Source: Paraphysomonas bandaiensis
Lineage: Eukaryota; Protista; Chrysophyceae
Length of the DNA: 64,000 bases
Assembly: GCA_965644295.1 (NCBI GenBank)
Contig: CBFFRP010000218.1
Location: 186,001-250,000, forward strand
Direction of reading: 5' to 3'
Shown here: in pieces, positions 1-15,414 of the stretch
Layout: every line of letters begins with the position of its first letter
How positions within the stretch are numbered: position 1 is the stretch's first letter
Program-made: the position numbers and the translations under genes
Notes under the pieces: generated by a model
Databases searched by the model: none
What the model was told of the DNA's origin: nothing
Seen by the model: only the letters and a program-made list of their open reading frames with translations

Positions 1-1185
1 TTTTGATGTTATTATTCATCCCCCACAATCTTCACATTCATATATGCTTAACAACAAGGAGAGGCCATTGGCTTCTAGATTGACAATACCTTTCCCTACG
101 ACTAGAAAGGTATAACCTATTAAGTGATTGCTAGAAATTTGCAAGACAATCACACTTCGTACTAATAAGAGAGTACTGATTTCATTTAAATTCACGATAA
201 TATTATCCCCATTTTGTCTCAAAAAAGTGTTTTTTACCTGAATTAGGCTCAAACCTCAACTTTATTATTATGTTCGAACAGACACTAACTCCTATCTTAA
301 TTATGATATATACAGTAATTTGAAAATGATTTCATGATAATAAAATTTTAAGCCAACCATAATTTATGAGCCATACTCAAAAGCAGATCACCAAATACTC
401 CAAGTTTTATTCCATGTAAAGGATCATAATAGTATCAGTGATAGTGAATTAACCTCATTTACAGAACTTTGAAGCAATAGTTTTTACATGAGCGAGAGTT
501 CATGTCTTCCTTTTCAGGGTTTGGGTCTTTCATATCAAGACTTTCATACATTATACACATAGCATTCGAGTGAGTTGCGCGAGCAGGGCTTATGCGTGAT
601 GTACATGAGTGTAATTAAGATGCTAAAAACCAAGAAACCTCAAGTGACTACAATTTTTCATATTCATTATTACGTTTGTGCATGAAATGCGATACCTTGC
701 AGTTGCTATTCCATAAGCAGCCTTCCGTGGTAAGGGTACATTCGTTGTAGCTATTACTATTGAAGTAGAGGATTTATTGTTTGAGTTAGCCTAGTACAAT
801 ACTCATTCCCCTAAGCATATGTATAGATACTATTGATTTGAAACAATACTTTGCTCTTTCATTTGTTTAATCAGCAATCCAGCTACAAATTGCTATAAAT
901 ACCTGTAAATTCTAGATATATTCGGTTTTCAACGCTTGCAAGATAAGGAGTAACATCCCTTGTCCATATTATGGTTAGAACTTGGGAAGATATAGCCTCC
1001 TTCTTACCTGTGGTTTCATGTAACTGAAAGATATCGCTCTCAAAAGATTCATCACAGTATACTGATGTATTATGCGGCTGTATACCGGTATATGATACAT
1101 ACATAGAGGTACTGCTGTACATCACTGTACATGTATGTATATATCTTTCTACAGAAGTTTTTTTAGTGGAGAACTTCACGACATT

Positions 1186-1319
1186 ATATATTTTTGTTGA
1201 AAGATGCCTCTAATATTGAGGCAATAATTATCTGTATTCCAGCCGTAGTTGTATTACAGTAATATAGCGTATTTTTGCATCAATATATTCCCGAAAAGTA
1301 AGATGCTGACTGCCGATAC
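1186..1319 (+). mobile_element. MITE-like repeat copy A (5' truncated)
   Basis: Same ~130 bp core (aagatgcctctaatattgag...ccgaaaa..agatgctgactgccgatac) as copies at 10970-11120, 11181-11308, 11328-11479 and 32242-32388; only the right terminal repeat is kept. Confidence 0.75.
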
Positions 1320-1451
1320 AGAGTCTGTACCATTCTGTTGCTGTCTCTTGTATGTATGTATGTTATCATATGGATCTCACCGTATCACTCCATCAGTATC
1401 ACAGTGATATCTATATTAACCATCATTACTTCATATATTTAATTAGATAGT

Positions 1452-3762
<2,311 letters not shown>

Positions 3763-5042
3763 TTCTCCACGGCTACATGCGGGAGATCGTGAATTTTATG
3801 AAACGCGTGACTGACCTCGGTTTTACGTGAATGCTACTCATTCATAGTGGAAGTTTATTTTATATTATGAGTAGCGGATGTTTGAGATGCACTTCTAAGT
3901 GATATGAATTAGCGCAGTTTCATCTTTGAATTATGTAATTTACTACTCCCATAACAGTTGAACACCGCCTATACAAAAATAGTTGTAGCTCCTCCTAACT
4001 TGTGAGGGACAGTACTGCCATAGTCTTCATATGTACTGCTTTGTATAAAGGTGGCCCTCTAAAGTCTAGTACATGCATAAACCTGCAAGCTCTTCCAGCG
4101 TATTCAATGTTACATATCCACTTTTATTAAAATCAAGGCAATTTAAGACGTAACATATGACGTCCTGAATCCTGGAAGAAGCACACAACACAACTACCAC
4201 AACTTTACACTACGCACTGACTCCCACAGGAGGGTTGTGATAAAATATGTCCTACTCTGACGCATTCACTTTGCCTCACAAACTTAAAGGAAGATGTGCT
4301 TTAGCACTGGACCTGTCTAACAAATTCTTATTGTATACTCTATACACCTAATAGGATAGTAATCATCTATTTTTGCATTCGATTGAGCAGCGTGTTTCTC
4401 AACTTGAATATGCATTCACTAACCAGAAGTAAATACATATCGCTGTCGCTTTAAGCCAGGAACCGCTCCTTCAATATAACAACATTAACCATTGTTGTGA
4501 CACTCATATCGCAAGTTATAATCTCTTGATGACGCCACATGAATGTGAGTTAGACTGCATGTATTCAGTTCCTGAGATGGCTGGTACATTGCAGAGCTAT
4601 ACGTCTTGGGCGGTTAAGGGAAATACACTGTATATTTCAACACGTATACATTGTACATTGTATATATATATATATACAGAGCATATACATTGTACACTCT
4701 GTAACCTTGGACTGATATATAATTCAATTTCAAGGATATTGATACCTAAAAATCTCTACTTTACATGAAACGGACACAAAAAGTAGGAAAATATGAAATA
4801 TGAAACTATATCTTCAATATGATATTCAATTTCAAGGATATTTTGGCAGTAAAAACGACCAAATTCTTGTTCAATTAAGATCCATATTTACGTTGCTCAG
4901 TTGAAGTGATCTCACTTCAGTCACTTCAGTGTATATATATATGGATATAATTGTGAAGATAGTCATATATATCCACAATACACATACATATATATATATA
5001 TATACGTATATATATCACTATTCACAGTGAATTAGATTCATA

Positions 5043-8000
5043 ATGGAAGATACAACTATACGATATACTGTACGTGATTTTAGTGATATTTCATTAAATC
5101 CATTTGTAAGTATTTTCGTACGTTTACGTCCACTTGAAACACACATTTATCCACTGAATAACTCAATCATCAACTCATTCATATCATGTAATGAAGAAGA
5201 GAATAAGATAACAATAAAGGATCCTACACTATCAAAATCTCATTTAAAGGAAAGTGTGTATTCATTTGATCATATATTTGGGACACAGACATCACAAGAG
5301 GAATTATTCCTACAGTTTGTGAAGCCTAAACTACAGAAAGTTTTAGAGGGATATAATACATGCTGCTTTGCTTATGGTACATATATATGGTATTCATCTT
5401 GTATTATGTTATATACTTTCTGACAGGTCAAACGGGTAGTGGGAAAACACACAGTATGTTTGGTGATCTTAACTCTGAAGAGCAACATGGCATGGTTCCA
5501 AGAGCGGCGGCGTATATATTTGATGAATTGGAACATTGCAGTTCGGTTTTTACAGTGGGATGCTCCTTCCTGGAAATTTACAACGAGCGAGTACGAGATC
5601 TTGCCAAGTATTTCGGCAAGCCAGGTGTTGGGAGAAAAACATCTGACATTGTATCTGATCACCACAAGTCCTGTGGGAGCTCCGTGTCTATTCGAGGCGA
5701 CAATAATGAATTTCGCCAAGTATTTTGCCACGACGTCTGTGAAGATATTTCAGGGCGAGTGTATGTAAAAGATCTTCGGACGATTACAGTGAGATCTGCC
5801 AAGGAGATGCTATCACTGGTTGAATATGGATTGAGCATGCGTGCCTGCCACGGAACAGAAATGAATGCTACATCTTCTCGTTCCCATGTAGTTCTCAGCT
5901 TACAAGTTGTGCAGCAGCGAGAGAAAGATGGTGAATTGCTGACACTGTCAGCCGATCTTCATCTCGTTGATCTAGCGGGAAGTGAACGCCTTAAAGATTC
6001 TAAGTCAGAAGGAACCAGGAAGAGAGAGGCCGGTTACATCAATTCAAGCCTGTCCAACCTGGCAAAGGTTATCTCGGATCTAGACCCAAATTCAAATGCT
6101 ACGCATATCCCATATCGAGATTGTAAACTAACTCGAATTCTTCAAAATAGCCTTTCATCGGACTCATATATTGCAATGCTAGCTAATATTAACCCCCATC
6201 CAACTTGGTATGACGAGAGTCTCTCAACACTTGATTTCGCCAACCGTCTTCGCAAAGTACAGTGCAGACCTCATGTTAATCGCATTGCTAGTATGGAGGA
6301 GATGACTCGGTGCTGGAGTTGTATTGTCGATGGGTCTCGCGATTCGAAAGATGATGGCTCGCAACGTAGCAGCCCTCCCCGCGAGGCAACCACAGTTCCG
6401 AATTTTCGGCTAGTCTACCAGGTATAGTTTGTAATTGTATCGTCATATGTTCTAATCACGTAATCACAGCACCCCCTAACAACTTTTTCTTCGTACCCAA
6501 ACGAATTGATTGTAGAAGTACATGAGCACTTGGATTCTGATACTTTAGAGGTTATAGCCTTTGATCCATGCACTATGGAGGAGTTTAGGCACCTGTACCT
6601 TCGCAAAATGAAGGCTGTCAGCTTATTTGCAGGAAATCTACAGAAACTTCGAAAAAAACATCCGAAGCATTCCAACATGCGGCAGATCTCGACTAAAGCA
6701 AGAGACACTGCGCTGGGTCTAGAGATTGTACGCCGTTTGGTATTCACGTAACGTTGTGTGAAATATTCTGCCTCTCTAAGATGCACTCGTTTTCAGGTTT
6801 TCTCCAGTGTTACTGCTCCACCTATTTTCCTTTCTGAAAATGGTGGGCCAGTGGATATATGGTAGCCTCGTTGTCTAAGTTTATTTTTCAGATGACACTG
6901 AGTTAGATGACTCTGGACTGCCAGTTCTAGTCATTGATCGTCCATTTGGGTGTGGAGAAATACCCATAAAACGGGAGATGGACAGTAAAACCTCTCCAGC
7001 CAAAACTACGTAAGATACCGATCATGTGTATTGTAGATGATAGTACTATTTTATAGGGATGATGCACCGATAAGTTCTCCACCTCAATCCATTCCAAGAC
7101 CAGAATCGCGCCGATCAAGAAGGTCGAGGCGCCCTAATTCTACTCTGGATAACCGTTTATCTCCTGACCAATCTGAAAAGGAAATACCAGTTAATGGTAC
7201 TAATTTATTTGAAGGAGAAGATATGACTTCCAATGAATTTGCTGAAGATGATGATATATCGGTAATTGTGCTGGACATGCCCTGTGCAATGAGTGACAAA
7301 AGGGGCGATGATGCGATCAGTGAGGCATCAAGTATTGAAACTTTTGATGACGATAACGATGAGGAAGAAGGATGTGACTCATTCGAAAGCAGTCACCCAC
7401 TGCTTGATTCACTTCTGAATCGACAAATTCAGCAAGAGAAGTGCGCCGCCAAAGCTTGTTCTCGAGCAAAGGCAGCAGCACTTTCTGCAGCAGGAAAAGT
7501 ATCGTTGTCGGCTTCAGAGTTGGACAATGATCGCAAAGAACGAGTATCGGCTAACAACAAGCGTGATAGAGTAAGACGGAAGTCATATTCAGACCGATTT
7601 GATATGTTGAACAAGCCAATCGATACTCCCGGATATTTATGCGATTTGATTGTCGCACCAAGAGTCCCCCCTCTTCCTGCTGTAAGTCAGGCGTCTTGTG
7701 ATAATAAAAATTCGTCGAAGTTTTTGCGCAAAAACACCCCCCGAGATCCATCAAAGCAACACCTTTTAAGAAGAAGATCTTATGATGATACTCGGTCGAT
7801 TCCTACAGATGTTGATGAAATATCCAATTACTGTACAGCTGTTGGAATTCCGCAACTGACCCCGAAAAAGCCTCCAACGAGGAGGAAGTCGTTCTCCGGA
7901 ATAGTCCCTGACAAATCTGGGCATACTTCTCGCACTGAGACCTCAAACTTGAATTCCAGGGATTCGTTATCGGGTAAGAAATATGCTGCCGAGAAACCTG

Positions 8001-8101
8001 TTTCGTACACTGAGCTGCCGCAATTGTCATTTCCGAAGTTGGCCAACACGTCTGCGACTTTCCATCGAGGAAAAGCTAGTCGCAGACTTTCGTTTCATTG
8101 A
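5043..8101 (+). CDS. Kinesin with N-terminal motor domain and long disordered tail (multi-exon)
   Basis: IFVRLRP, YSFDHIF, GYNTCCFAYG|QTGSGKTHSM (P-loop split by an intron), SFLEIYNE, MNATSSRSH, LVDLAGSE, HIPYRDCKLTRILQ. Downstream exons 6470-6750 and 7057-8101 linked by GT-AG introns; joining of the tail exons is inferred. Confidence 0.88.
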
Positions 8102-8691
8102 AAGATGAAAACATTGATTTTTATTGATACTCATAAATTTATTGGCCAGAAGATTTCCTGTATCTGAAGTGGAATATCACGACAATTGCCTGCTTTTAGT
8201 GTTCTCGATTGCTGATTGCTAAGATATTATCTTGTATTATTTGACGACATTGGTTTGAATTTTGAATAGATGCGCAATATTGAATTTGGCTATATTGAGT
8301 TTGAATTTGGCTATATTATAAGTAATTCCTGAAACACATTGTATGAAAATGAAATACTAATATATATTAATCATAAACATTAATGAGAGCACACGTTTGT
8401 CTTTGCATGTGAACTATTGAAATATCGTTTCGACCTCAAATAAAATACTGCTACATTTAGCGTGCTTAAAAAAGATCGTTTCTGATGGTTTCTGGAAAAA
8501 TATCATGCCATAAATAAAGTAGGTGTATGTCGTATCTGTACAGTGGTAATAAACTTAGGCCGTACACATAGTATTTAGTAGTATTGGCTAATATTGGCTA
8601 ATGTCAGAACCGTAGAGTTGTATCAATACTAATATTGACTGAGAGTAAGTCGTATGCTATCTATATACATACATCTTCAAGTTCTACTAGA

Positions 8692-10636
8692 TCAACACTC
8701 TATATAAACAGTCAAACCACCGACATACCCTCTGGGGTCTTTAATATGTTCATACTTGTAACCTAACTCAAGACATAATTCTTCTGCAGCGTATAGAATT
8801 CTTGGGCGACCTTTCTGTGGCCCCCCGGAGTGATGTCCTGAGCCCGTTATCACCGCAACAGCAAGTATCCCCCGATGTCCAGACCAATGGTCCCTTATCA
8901 TTGGCAGCAGGGCAGTCAAACATTCTCGTACCTCTCCCACATGCAGCCCGTGAAGATCCAGACGCCGGTGATTAAACACACTTGTTTCAGTATTTCGATT
9001 TCGGAAGATCGCCATGGCAGCCTGTAGCATGGATTCACAGAAAACAGTCAATCACAGTGATTTAACAATCATACCCACTATCTGACCAATCAACCATTTA
9101 TGATATAGCATGCTTCAATGTACACACAACAAAATGGTTTCCAACAAATGACGCACTTGTTGATGGCATTGTTTCATTCGCCTATTGAGTTCTCGCCCCT
9201 CTGCAGACAGATTTTTAGCGATAGACTTCGATCCCCTAGAGATAATACAATGTGTAAATAAACGTCACGAATACGAGTCGTGGTGGTAGTGTAACAAATT
9301 TACAAATAAACACGGTAATATCTACCAGTTCACAAAATACTCACCCTAGGTACGCTTGAGTGGCCTGCTCAAGTAATTTATTTCGAGCTACCGCAAGAGT
9401 GCGAGCCTCCTCCCTGTAGCACTGGTAATCCATTGCTACAGAACAACCTATTCATTCAAATAAGACGCAAATATTCTTCAAAAAAATTACGACATACACA
9501 CCTGACTCCACCCATTTATATATAGCTGGGGTCACTTCGCGACGGACTACTCGGCTCTTTGTTCTATTATTTCGTATACTAGATTCAAGGGGTTCGCTTG
9601 TTTGATTAGATGACATGCTTAGTACGGTTTTGTAGCTCTCTGTGACACTGATACGCTCACCATGTCGCTCTCCAGAGTTGTTCCCAAGAGAAGGAAATGC
9701 ACTCGTATCCAACGTGAACACTCTATCTGGTGCGGTTTTCTGGTCACCTTCTTCACTCTCCATTTGAGTGGGAAAGCAGAGAGAATGTAGAAACGGGCAA
9801 CAATCACCCTGAGTGCACCCCCCACCGGCAGTCAGCCAGAATCGACACGGAGTGCTCGCAAAACTATGATCAAAAGCGCAATCTGCTCGTAAACATTGAC
9901 CAGTTTGAACGAGGTGGCGACAGGGGCGGCATGAGGGTGTGCCAAGAGCCTTATCGGCAGAACACTGAAGCGCAGCTGCTGCGACTGATAAATCCCACTG
10001 ACCTAGCTCGAGAGCCGTAAAAACTGCATCAGCCGAATACACGATAGAAGGATGTATAGATTCCATTAATTCCTCAAGGGACATCGCAAGGTTGACATAG
10101 TCGAGCTCAAATCCCATATCGTTCCATTCGTCATAGTCTTCAAAATTATCGTCGTAGATATCACCATTCTCTTTGGTGGGTTCCTCTGTGTAAAGATCTT
10201 CCTCAATGCAATGATTCTCACTCTCATATTGCACTGTCTGATGAATCTGATCTTCGTCCTGCCCACTAACACTCACAGTACAGTGACCCTCACTGTCACA
10301 TTCCTCTGTCTGATGAATCTGATCTTCGCCCTGCCCACAAACACTCACAGTACAGTGACCCTCACTCTCACATTCCTCCGTCTGATGAAACTGCTCATCC
10401 TCCTGTCCACTAACCATCGCAGGTATCAATTCTGGATGTTTAAAATACTTGATTATATCCTTAGAAAACTCTACATGATCATGAGGATCTTCATAGATCT
10501 CACTGAGCCATATACATAAGCCCTGATCATCTGTCTCATCCAATAAACTGATAATATATTCAGAGTATACACTTGCATCTAATTCTTTATTGTTTAATGA
10601 CTCATTCAGCCATTCTTTGAAACGATCGTTACTCAT
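8692..10636 (-). CDS. CCCH zinc-finger + Smr/MutS2-domain protein (N4BP2/Cue2-like endoribonuclease candidate), multi-exon
   Basis: Two CCCH fingers (CRHLVQTGQCLRADCAFDH, CRFWLTAGGGCTQGDCCPFLH); last exon has Smr signatures LDLHGLHV and VITGSGHHS; short introns between 9050 and 9500. Confidence 0.88.
10200..10415 (-). repeat. 72-bp (24-aa) coding tandem repeat, about 3 copies
   Basis: HQTEECESEGHCTVSVCGQGEDQI / HQTEECDSEGHCTVSVSGQDEDQI / HQTVQYESENHC in the Smr protein. Confidence 0.85.
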
Positions 10637-10969
10637 AACTGTATTGAGCTTATTAACATCACGAGCTCGTCATTCTATCACTAGCTATATGTATGTGTTT
10701 GCATGTTAATTATGGTATACAAAACACTCTCATTAAATGGTTGTTATATGAAGTGGAAAGCCTGAAAAACGCCACTTTATATGAAAACCCCACTTATTCA
10801 TATCGAATAAAGTAGATATTTATGGTAGGACATTTCTTGTCCGAAAACTCCAATCTTTCAGATTGGTTTTTAAGACATGCGCATTTTGTACGATATGAGA
10901 GCTAAAATATGTGGATTTTGAGGATAGAGTGTATAATTTCAGAAGTTTCCAGCTAAATACTATGATCAA

Positions 10970-11479
10970 CGTATAGGCATCCTTCGTATATTTTTGTTCA
11001 AAGATGCCTCTAATATTGAGACAACAATTATGTGTATTACAGCCATAGTTATACTGCAGTAATATAGAGTATATTTGCTTCATTTTATTCCCGAAAAATA
11101 AGATGCTGACTGCCGATACGAAAGTATGTGTGAAGTGATCTTACGTAAACTACTATATGAAGAGTAAGTTATAGACATGACGTATGCATCATATTTTTCG
11201 GATATAAATTGAAGCAAATATAATCTATATAATAGCAATACAACTACGGCTGGAATACAGATAATTGTTGTCTCAATATACGAGGCATCTTGGAAAGATG
11301 CCGATACGGAAGTCAAGTCCGGAAGTGCCTATCGGCATCCTTCGTATATTTTTGTTTCAAGATGCCTCTAATATTGAGACAATAATTATCTGTATTACAG
11401 CCGTAGTTGTATTGCAGCAATATAGACTATATTTGCTTCAATTTATTTCCGAAACATATGGCCGCTGACTGCCGATACG
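10970..11479. mobile_element. Cluster of three MITE-like copies (10970-11120 +, 11181-11308 -, 11328-11479 +)
   Basis: ~150 bp units bounded by an imperfect 10-bp terminal inverted repeat CGTATCGGCA...TGCCGATACG; no coding capacity. Confidence 0.8.
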
Positions 11480-11633
11480 TGGTTTTCTACATCTCACATT
11501 GCTCTATATATCCTCTTATGAATATCCACCTATCAGTCTATTAAATCAAGTAAGTGAATTATATGAAAACATTCACATACTCTACCATTCTATTAACAAT
11601 GTTTCAATCTATTCATATATTCTATCAATATAT

Positions 11634-14537
11634 ATGGAGATTATGTTTCTTATATTCTTCTATTCACATCTATTGATAGTGATATCTGCTATAGGAAATG
11701 ATGATCATTATAGTCAGAATATACGTACATATACTTCGAGTAATCCATCGAGTTATATCACCCCCTTATTAGCTTATACACAACACAGTGATGTGTTGGA
11801 TACTTCATCTCATGTTGATGAAGTGAAAGGGCATAAGTTGAAGAATGAAGAGTTCATTCCGATGTATGATACATATGACGGATATGGTACGTATGATACA
11901 TATGCCCCTACAATAGAGGGTACCTATTCACCAGTATCGAACGAGCCTACTACGATGCCATCATCAGAAATAACACCTTTTCCTTCGTCAGTTCCCACAT
12001 CAACTCCCACATCTGTTCCAACTGCTGTGCCTACTGAGACTGACGTGCCAACATTCACCCCCACGAGCTCATTGATATACATTGTTGTCCCTCGTCCTAC
12101 TCGTGGCAGTTCTCCTGTTGCTGTATTAGAGCAACCCACTCCGTCTCCATCAGGAGGTGCCCCAGCATCTGAAAGGAAGAAAAAGAGAAGGCGGGGCCGA
12201 CGATATCATCGTCATAAGAAGAAGCGACGCTTCTCTCCGACTCCAAATCCCACGGAGAGCCAATTGATTACGGACACACCAACTATTCGTCCTACTCCTA
12301 CACTAGTGCCTACTTTATTGCCAACATATAGGCCGTCTTTATCCCCGTCTTCAACTCCTACATTCATACCCACTTCAACCCCAAGCTCACCGCCTACTTG
12401 TATTCCTACGAGTACTCCCACCACTGTACCTAGTTCAAATCCAAGTTCTCTTCCAACTAGTTTACCAACCTCGGCTCTTACATCCATACCCACTTCAACC
12501 CCAAGCTCACCGCCTACTTGTATTCCTACGAGTACTCCCACCACTGTACCTAGTTCAAATCCAAGTTCTCTTCCAACTAGTTTACCAACCTCGGCTCTTA
12601 CATCCATACCCACTTCAACCCCAAGCTCACCGCCTACTTGTATTCCTACGAGTACTCCCACCACTGTACCTAGTTCAAATCCAAGTTCTCTTCCAACTAG
12701 TTTACCAACCTCGGCTCCTACATCCATACCCACTTCAACTCCAAGCTCATCGCCTACTTGTATTCCTACGAGTACTCCCACCACTGTACCTAGTTCAAAT
12801 CCAAGTTCTCTTCCAACTAGTTTACCAACCTCGGCTCCTACATCCATACCCACTTCAACTCCAAGCTCACCGCCTACTTGTATTCCTACGAGTACTCCCA
12901 CCACTGTACCTAGTTCAAATCCAAGTTCTCTTCCAACTAGTTTACCAACCTCGGCTCCTACATCCATACCCACTTCAACTCCAAGCTCACCGCCTACTTG
13001 TATTCCTACGAGTACTCCCACCACTGTACCTAGTTCAAATCCAAGTTCTCTTCCAACTAGTTTACCAACCTCGGCTCCTACATCCATACCCACTTCAACT
13101 CCAAGCTCACCGCCTACTTGTATTCCTACGAGTACTCCCACCACTGTACCTAGTTCAAATCCAAGTTCTCTTCCAACTAGTTTACCAACCTCGGCTCCTA
13201 CATCCATACCCACTTCAACTCCAAGCTCACCGCCTACTTGTATTCCTACGAGTACTCCCACCACTGTACCTAGTTCAAATCCAAGTTCTCTTCCAACTAG
13301 TTTACCAACCTCGGCTCCTACATCCATACCCACTTCAACTCCAAGCTCACCGCCTACTTGTATTCCTACGAGTACTCCCACCACTGTACCTAGTTCAAAT
13401 CCAAGTTCTCTTCCAACTAGTTTACCAACCTCATATCCTACTTCCTTTCCAACATATACTCCTACCGCAGAGCCCACTTTTGTTCCTACTGTTATTCCAT
13501 CTTCTCTACCTACTTCTGTTCCATCATCAGAAATAACACCTTTTCCTTCGTTAGTTCCCACATCAACTCCCACATCTGTTCCAACTGCTGTGCCTACTGA
13601 AACTGACGTGCCAACATTCACCCCTACGAGCTCATTGATATACATTGTTGTCCCTCGTCCTACTCGTGGCAGTTCTCCTGTTGCTGTATTAGAGCAACCC
13701 ACTCCGTCTCCATCAAGAGGTGCCCCAGCATCTGAAAGGAAGAAAAAGAGAAGGCGGGGCCGACGATATCATCGTCATAAGAAGAAGCGACGCTTCTCTC
13801 CGACTCCAAATCCCACGGAGAGCCAATTGATTACGGACACACCAACTATTCGTCCTACTCCTACACTAGTGCCTACTTTATTGCCAACATATAGGCCGTC
13901 TTTATCCCCGTCTTCAACTCCTACATTCATACCCACTTCAACTCCAAGCTCACCGCCTACTTGTATTCCTACGAGTACTCCCACCACTGTACCTAGTTCA
14001 AATCCAAGTTCTCTTCCAACTAGTTTACCAACCTCGGCTCCTACATCCATACCCACTTCAACTCCAAGCTCACCGCCTACTTGTATTCCTACGAGTACTC
14101 CCACCACTGTACCTAGTTCAAATCCAAGTTCTCTTCCAACTAGTTTACCAACCTCATATCCTACTTCCTTTCCAACTTATATTCCTACCGCAGAGCCAAC
14201 TTTTGTTCCCACTATTATTCCATCTTCTCTACCTACTTCTGTTCCATCATCAGAAATAACACCTTTTCCTTCGTCAGTTCCCACATCAACTCCCACATCT
14301 GTTCCAACTGCTGTGCCTACTGAGACTGACGTGCCAACATTCACCCCCACGAGCTCATTGATATACATTGTTGTCCCTCGTCCTACTCGTGGCAGTTCTC
14401 CTGTTGCTGTATTAGAGCAACCCACTCCGTCTCCATCAGGAGGTGCCCCAGCATCTGAAAGGAAGAAAAAGAGAAGGCGGGGCCGACGATATCATCGTCA
14501 TAAGAAGAACCGACGGTCTTCTCTGTCTAGAGTATAG
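11634..14537 (+). CDS. Secreted Pro/Thr/Ser-rich (mucin-like) repeat protein with three polybasic RK/H blocks
   Basis: Likely ATG at 11634 gives the signal-peptide-like MEIMFLIFFYSHLLIVISAIG. Single exon; PTxxPT repeats; ERKKKRRRGRRYHRHKK(K/N)RR occurs three times. Confidence 0.8.
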   Translation: MEIMFLIFFYSHLLIVISAIGNDDHYSQNIRTYTSSNPSSYITPLLAYTQHSDVLDTSSHVDEVKGHKLKNEEFIPMYDTYDGYGTYDTYAPTIEGTYSPVSNEPTTMPSSEITPFPSSVPTSTPTSVPTAVPTETDVPTFTPTSSLIYIVVPRPTRGSSPVAVLEQPTPSPSGGAPASERKKKRRRGRRYHRHKKKRRFSPTPNPTESQLITDTPTIRPTPTLVPTLLPTYRPSLSPSSTPTFIPTSTPSSPPTCIPTSTPTTVPSSNPSSLPTSLPTSALTSIPTSTPSSPPTCIPTSTPTTVPSSNPSSLPTSLPTSALTSIPTSTPSSPPTCIPTSTPTTVPSSNPSSLPTSLPTSAPTSIPTSTPSSSPTCIPTSTPTTVPSSNPSSLPTSLPTSAPTSIPTSTPSSPPTCIPTSTPTTVPSSNPSSLPTSLPTSAPTSIPTSTPSSPPTCIPTSTPTTVPSSNPSSLPTSLPTSAPTSIPTSTPSSPPTCIPTSTPTTVPSSNPSSLPTSLPTSAPTSIPTSTPSSPPTCIPTSTPTTVPSSNPSSLPTSLPTSAPTSIPTSTPSSPPTCIPTSTPTTVPSSNPSSLPTSLPTSYPTSFPTYTPTAEPTFVPTVIPSSLPTSVPSSEITPFPSLVPTSTPTSVPTAVPTETDVPTFTPTSSLIYIVVPRPTRGSSPVAVLEQPTPSPSRGAPASERKKKRRRGRRYHRHKKKRRFSPTPNPTESQLITDTPTIRPTPTLVPTLLPTYRPSLSPSSTPTFIPTSTPSSPPTCIPTSTPTTVPSSNPSSLPTSLPTSAPTSIPTSTPSSPPTCIPTSTPTTVPSSNPSSLPTSLPTSYPTSFPTYIPTAEPTFVPTIIPSSLPTSVPSSEITPFPSSVPTSTPTSVPTAVPTETDVPTFTPTSSLIYIVVPRPTRGSSPVAVLEQPTPSPSGGAPASERKKKRRRGRRYHRHKKNRRSSLSRV
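12358..13432 (+). repeat. 120-bp (40-aa) tandem repeat, 9 near-identical copies, inside a higher-order module repeated three times
   Basis: Sequence repeats every 120 nt (PTSIPTSTPSSPPTCIPTSTPTTVPSSNPSSLPTSLPTSA). The larger module starting PSSEITPFPS occurs at ~11958, ~13521 and ~14244. Confidence 0.97.
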
Positions 14538-15414
14538 TGTGAATGACCCCGGTGGTACTTGATCAAAGCGGCATTTGGTTTTTGATGTTAGTCGTCGCTT
14601 TTTGTTTGTTTGGAAACGAGTGCTATTAGTGATTACTATCGTGTTGTCATTTGAAGTTGCTTATCCTGCTAAGTCTGCGTCAGCTTAATGCATCTGTTGT
14701 TTCTCGGCTGGAGGTTCTATAGTGCGCTTTTTAATATCGTCAATATAAGTTTACGGTGCTTCTTCAATATATATTGCTAAACACTGGTGTGTCAGTGTGC
14801 CCTCCAATGTCACTGGACACTGGACCTATACTTGGCACCTCCACTGAGAACTTCTATTTATGGCTAAAACTAGGCAACGACATTATTTATGCTCCCTTCA
14901 CCGAATAATAATGTAAAATACTTGACCAAGTGTAATTTCTTGTATTAATACATGACAAACTCTTGTTATGAAAGTAGTTTTCTAAATCAGTATATCATCG
15001 AGATTTTCACTTTATTTTTTCATCCTAATACATTCAAAGTTATATCATTGTACAATTATGTACTAGTATATAGTATACTGCGTACAGGTTGTAATAAAAA
15101 ACTCAAGCAAGTTGCCACGCAAATAATGACATGGAATGTTGTAATGGATTTGTCGTAGAGCGTCAATTTGGTTGCAATCGACCTACTACCACAATATCAA
15201 ACACGCCTTCCAAATGGTGCAGTGATGATGGTGTGTAATATAATGATATAATTATTACTAGCTAAAGCAACTAATACTGAGGAAGGTATACACACTCTCC
15301 GCATTTCACAAATTATAATTCACGTGGAAGATCAATAACTACACATACTCGCCGCAAATAAATCGGAACTACTCGAACTTGTAAAAGGTACGGATAGACT
15401 TCACTTAGTGCAAT

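Noticed and set aside
12212-13702. 496-aa Val/Gly-rich minus-strand ORF
   Set aside because: Antisense shadow of the Pro/Thr/Ser repeat gene; it stays open because of the repetitive codon usage.
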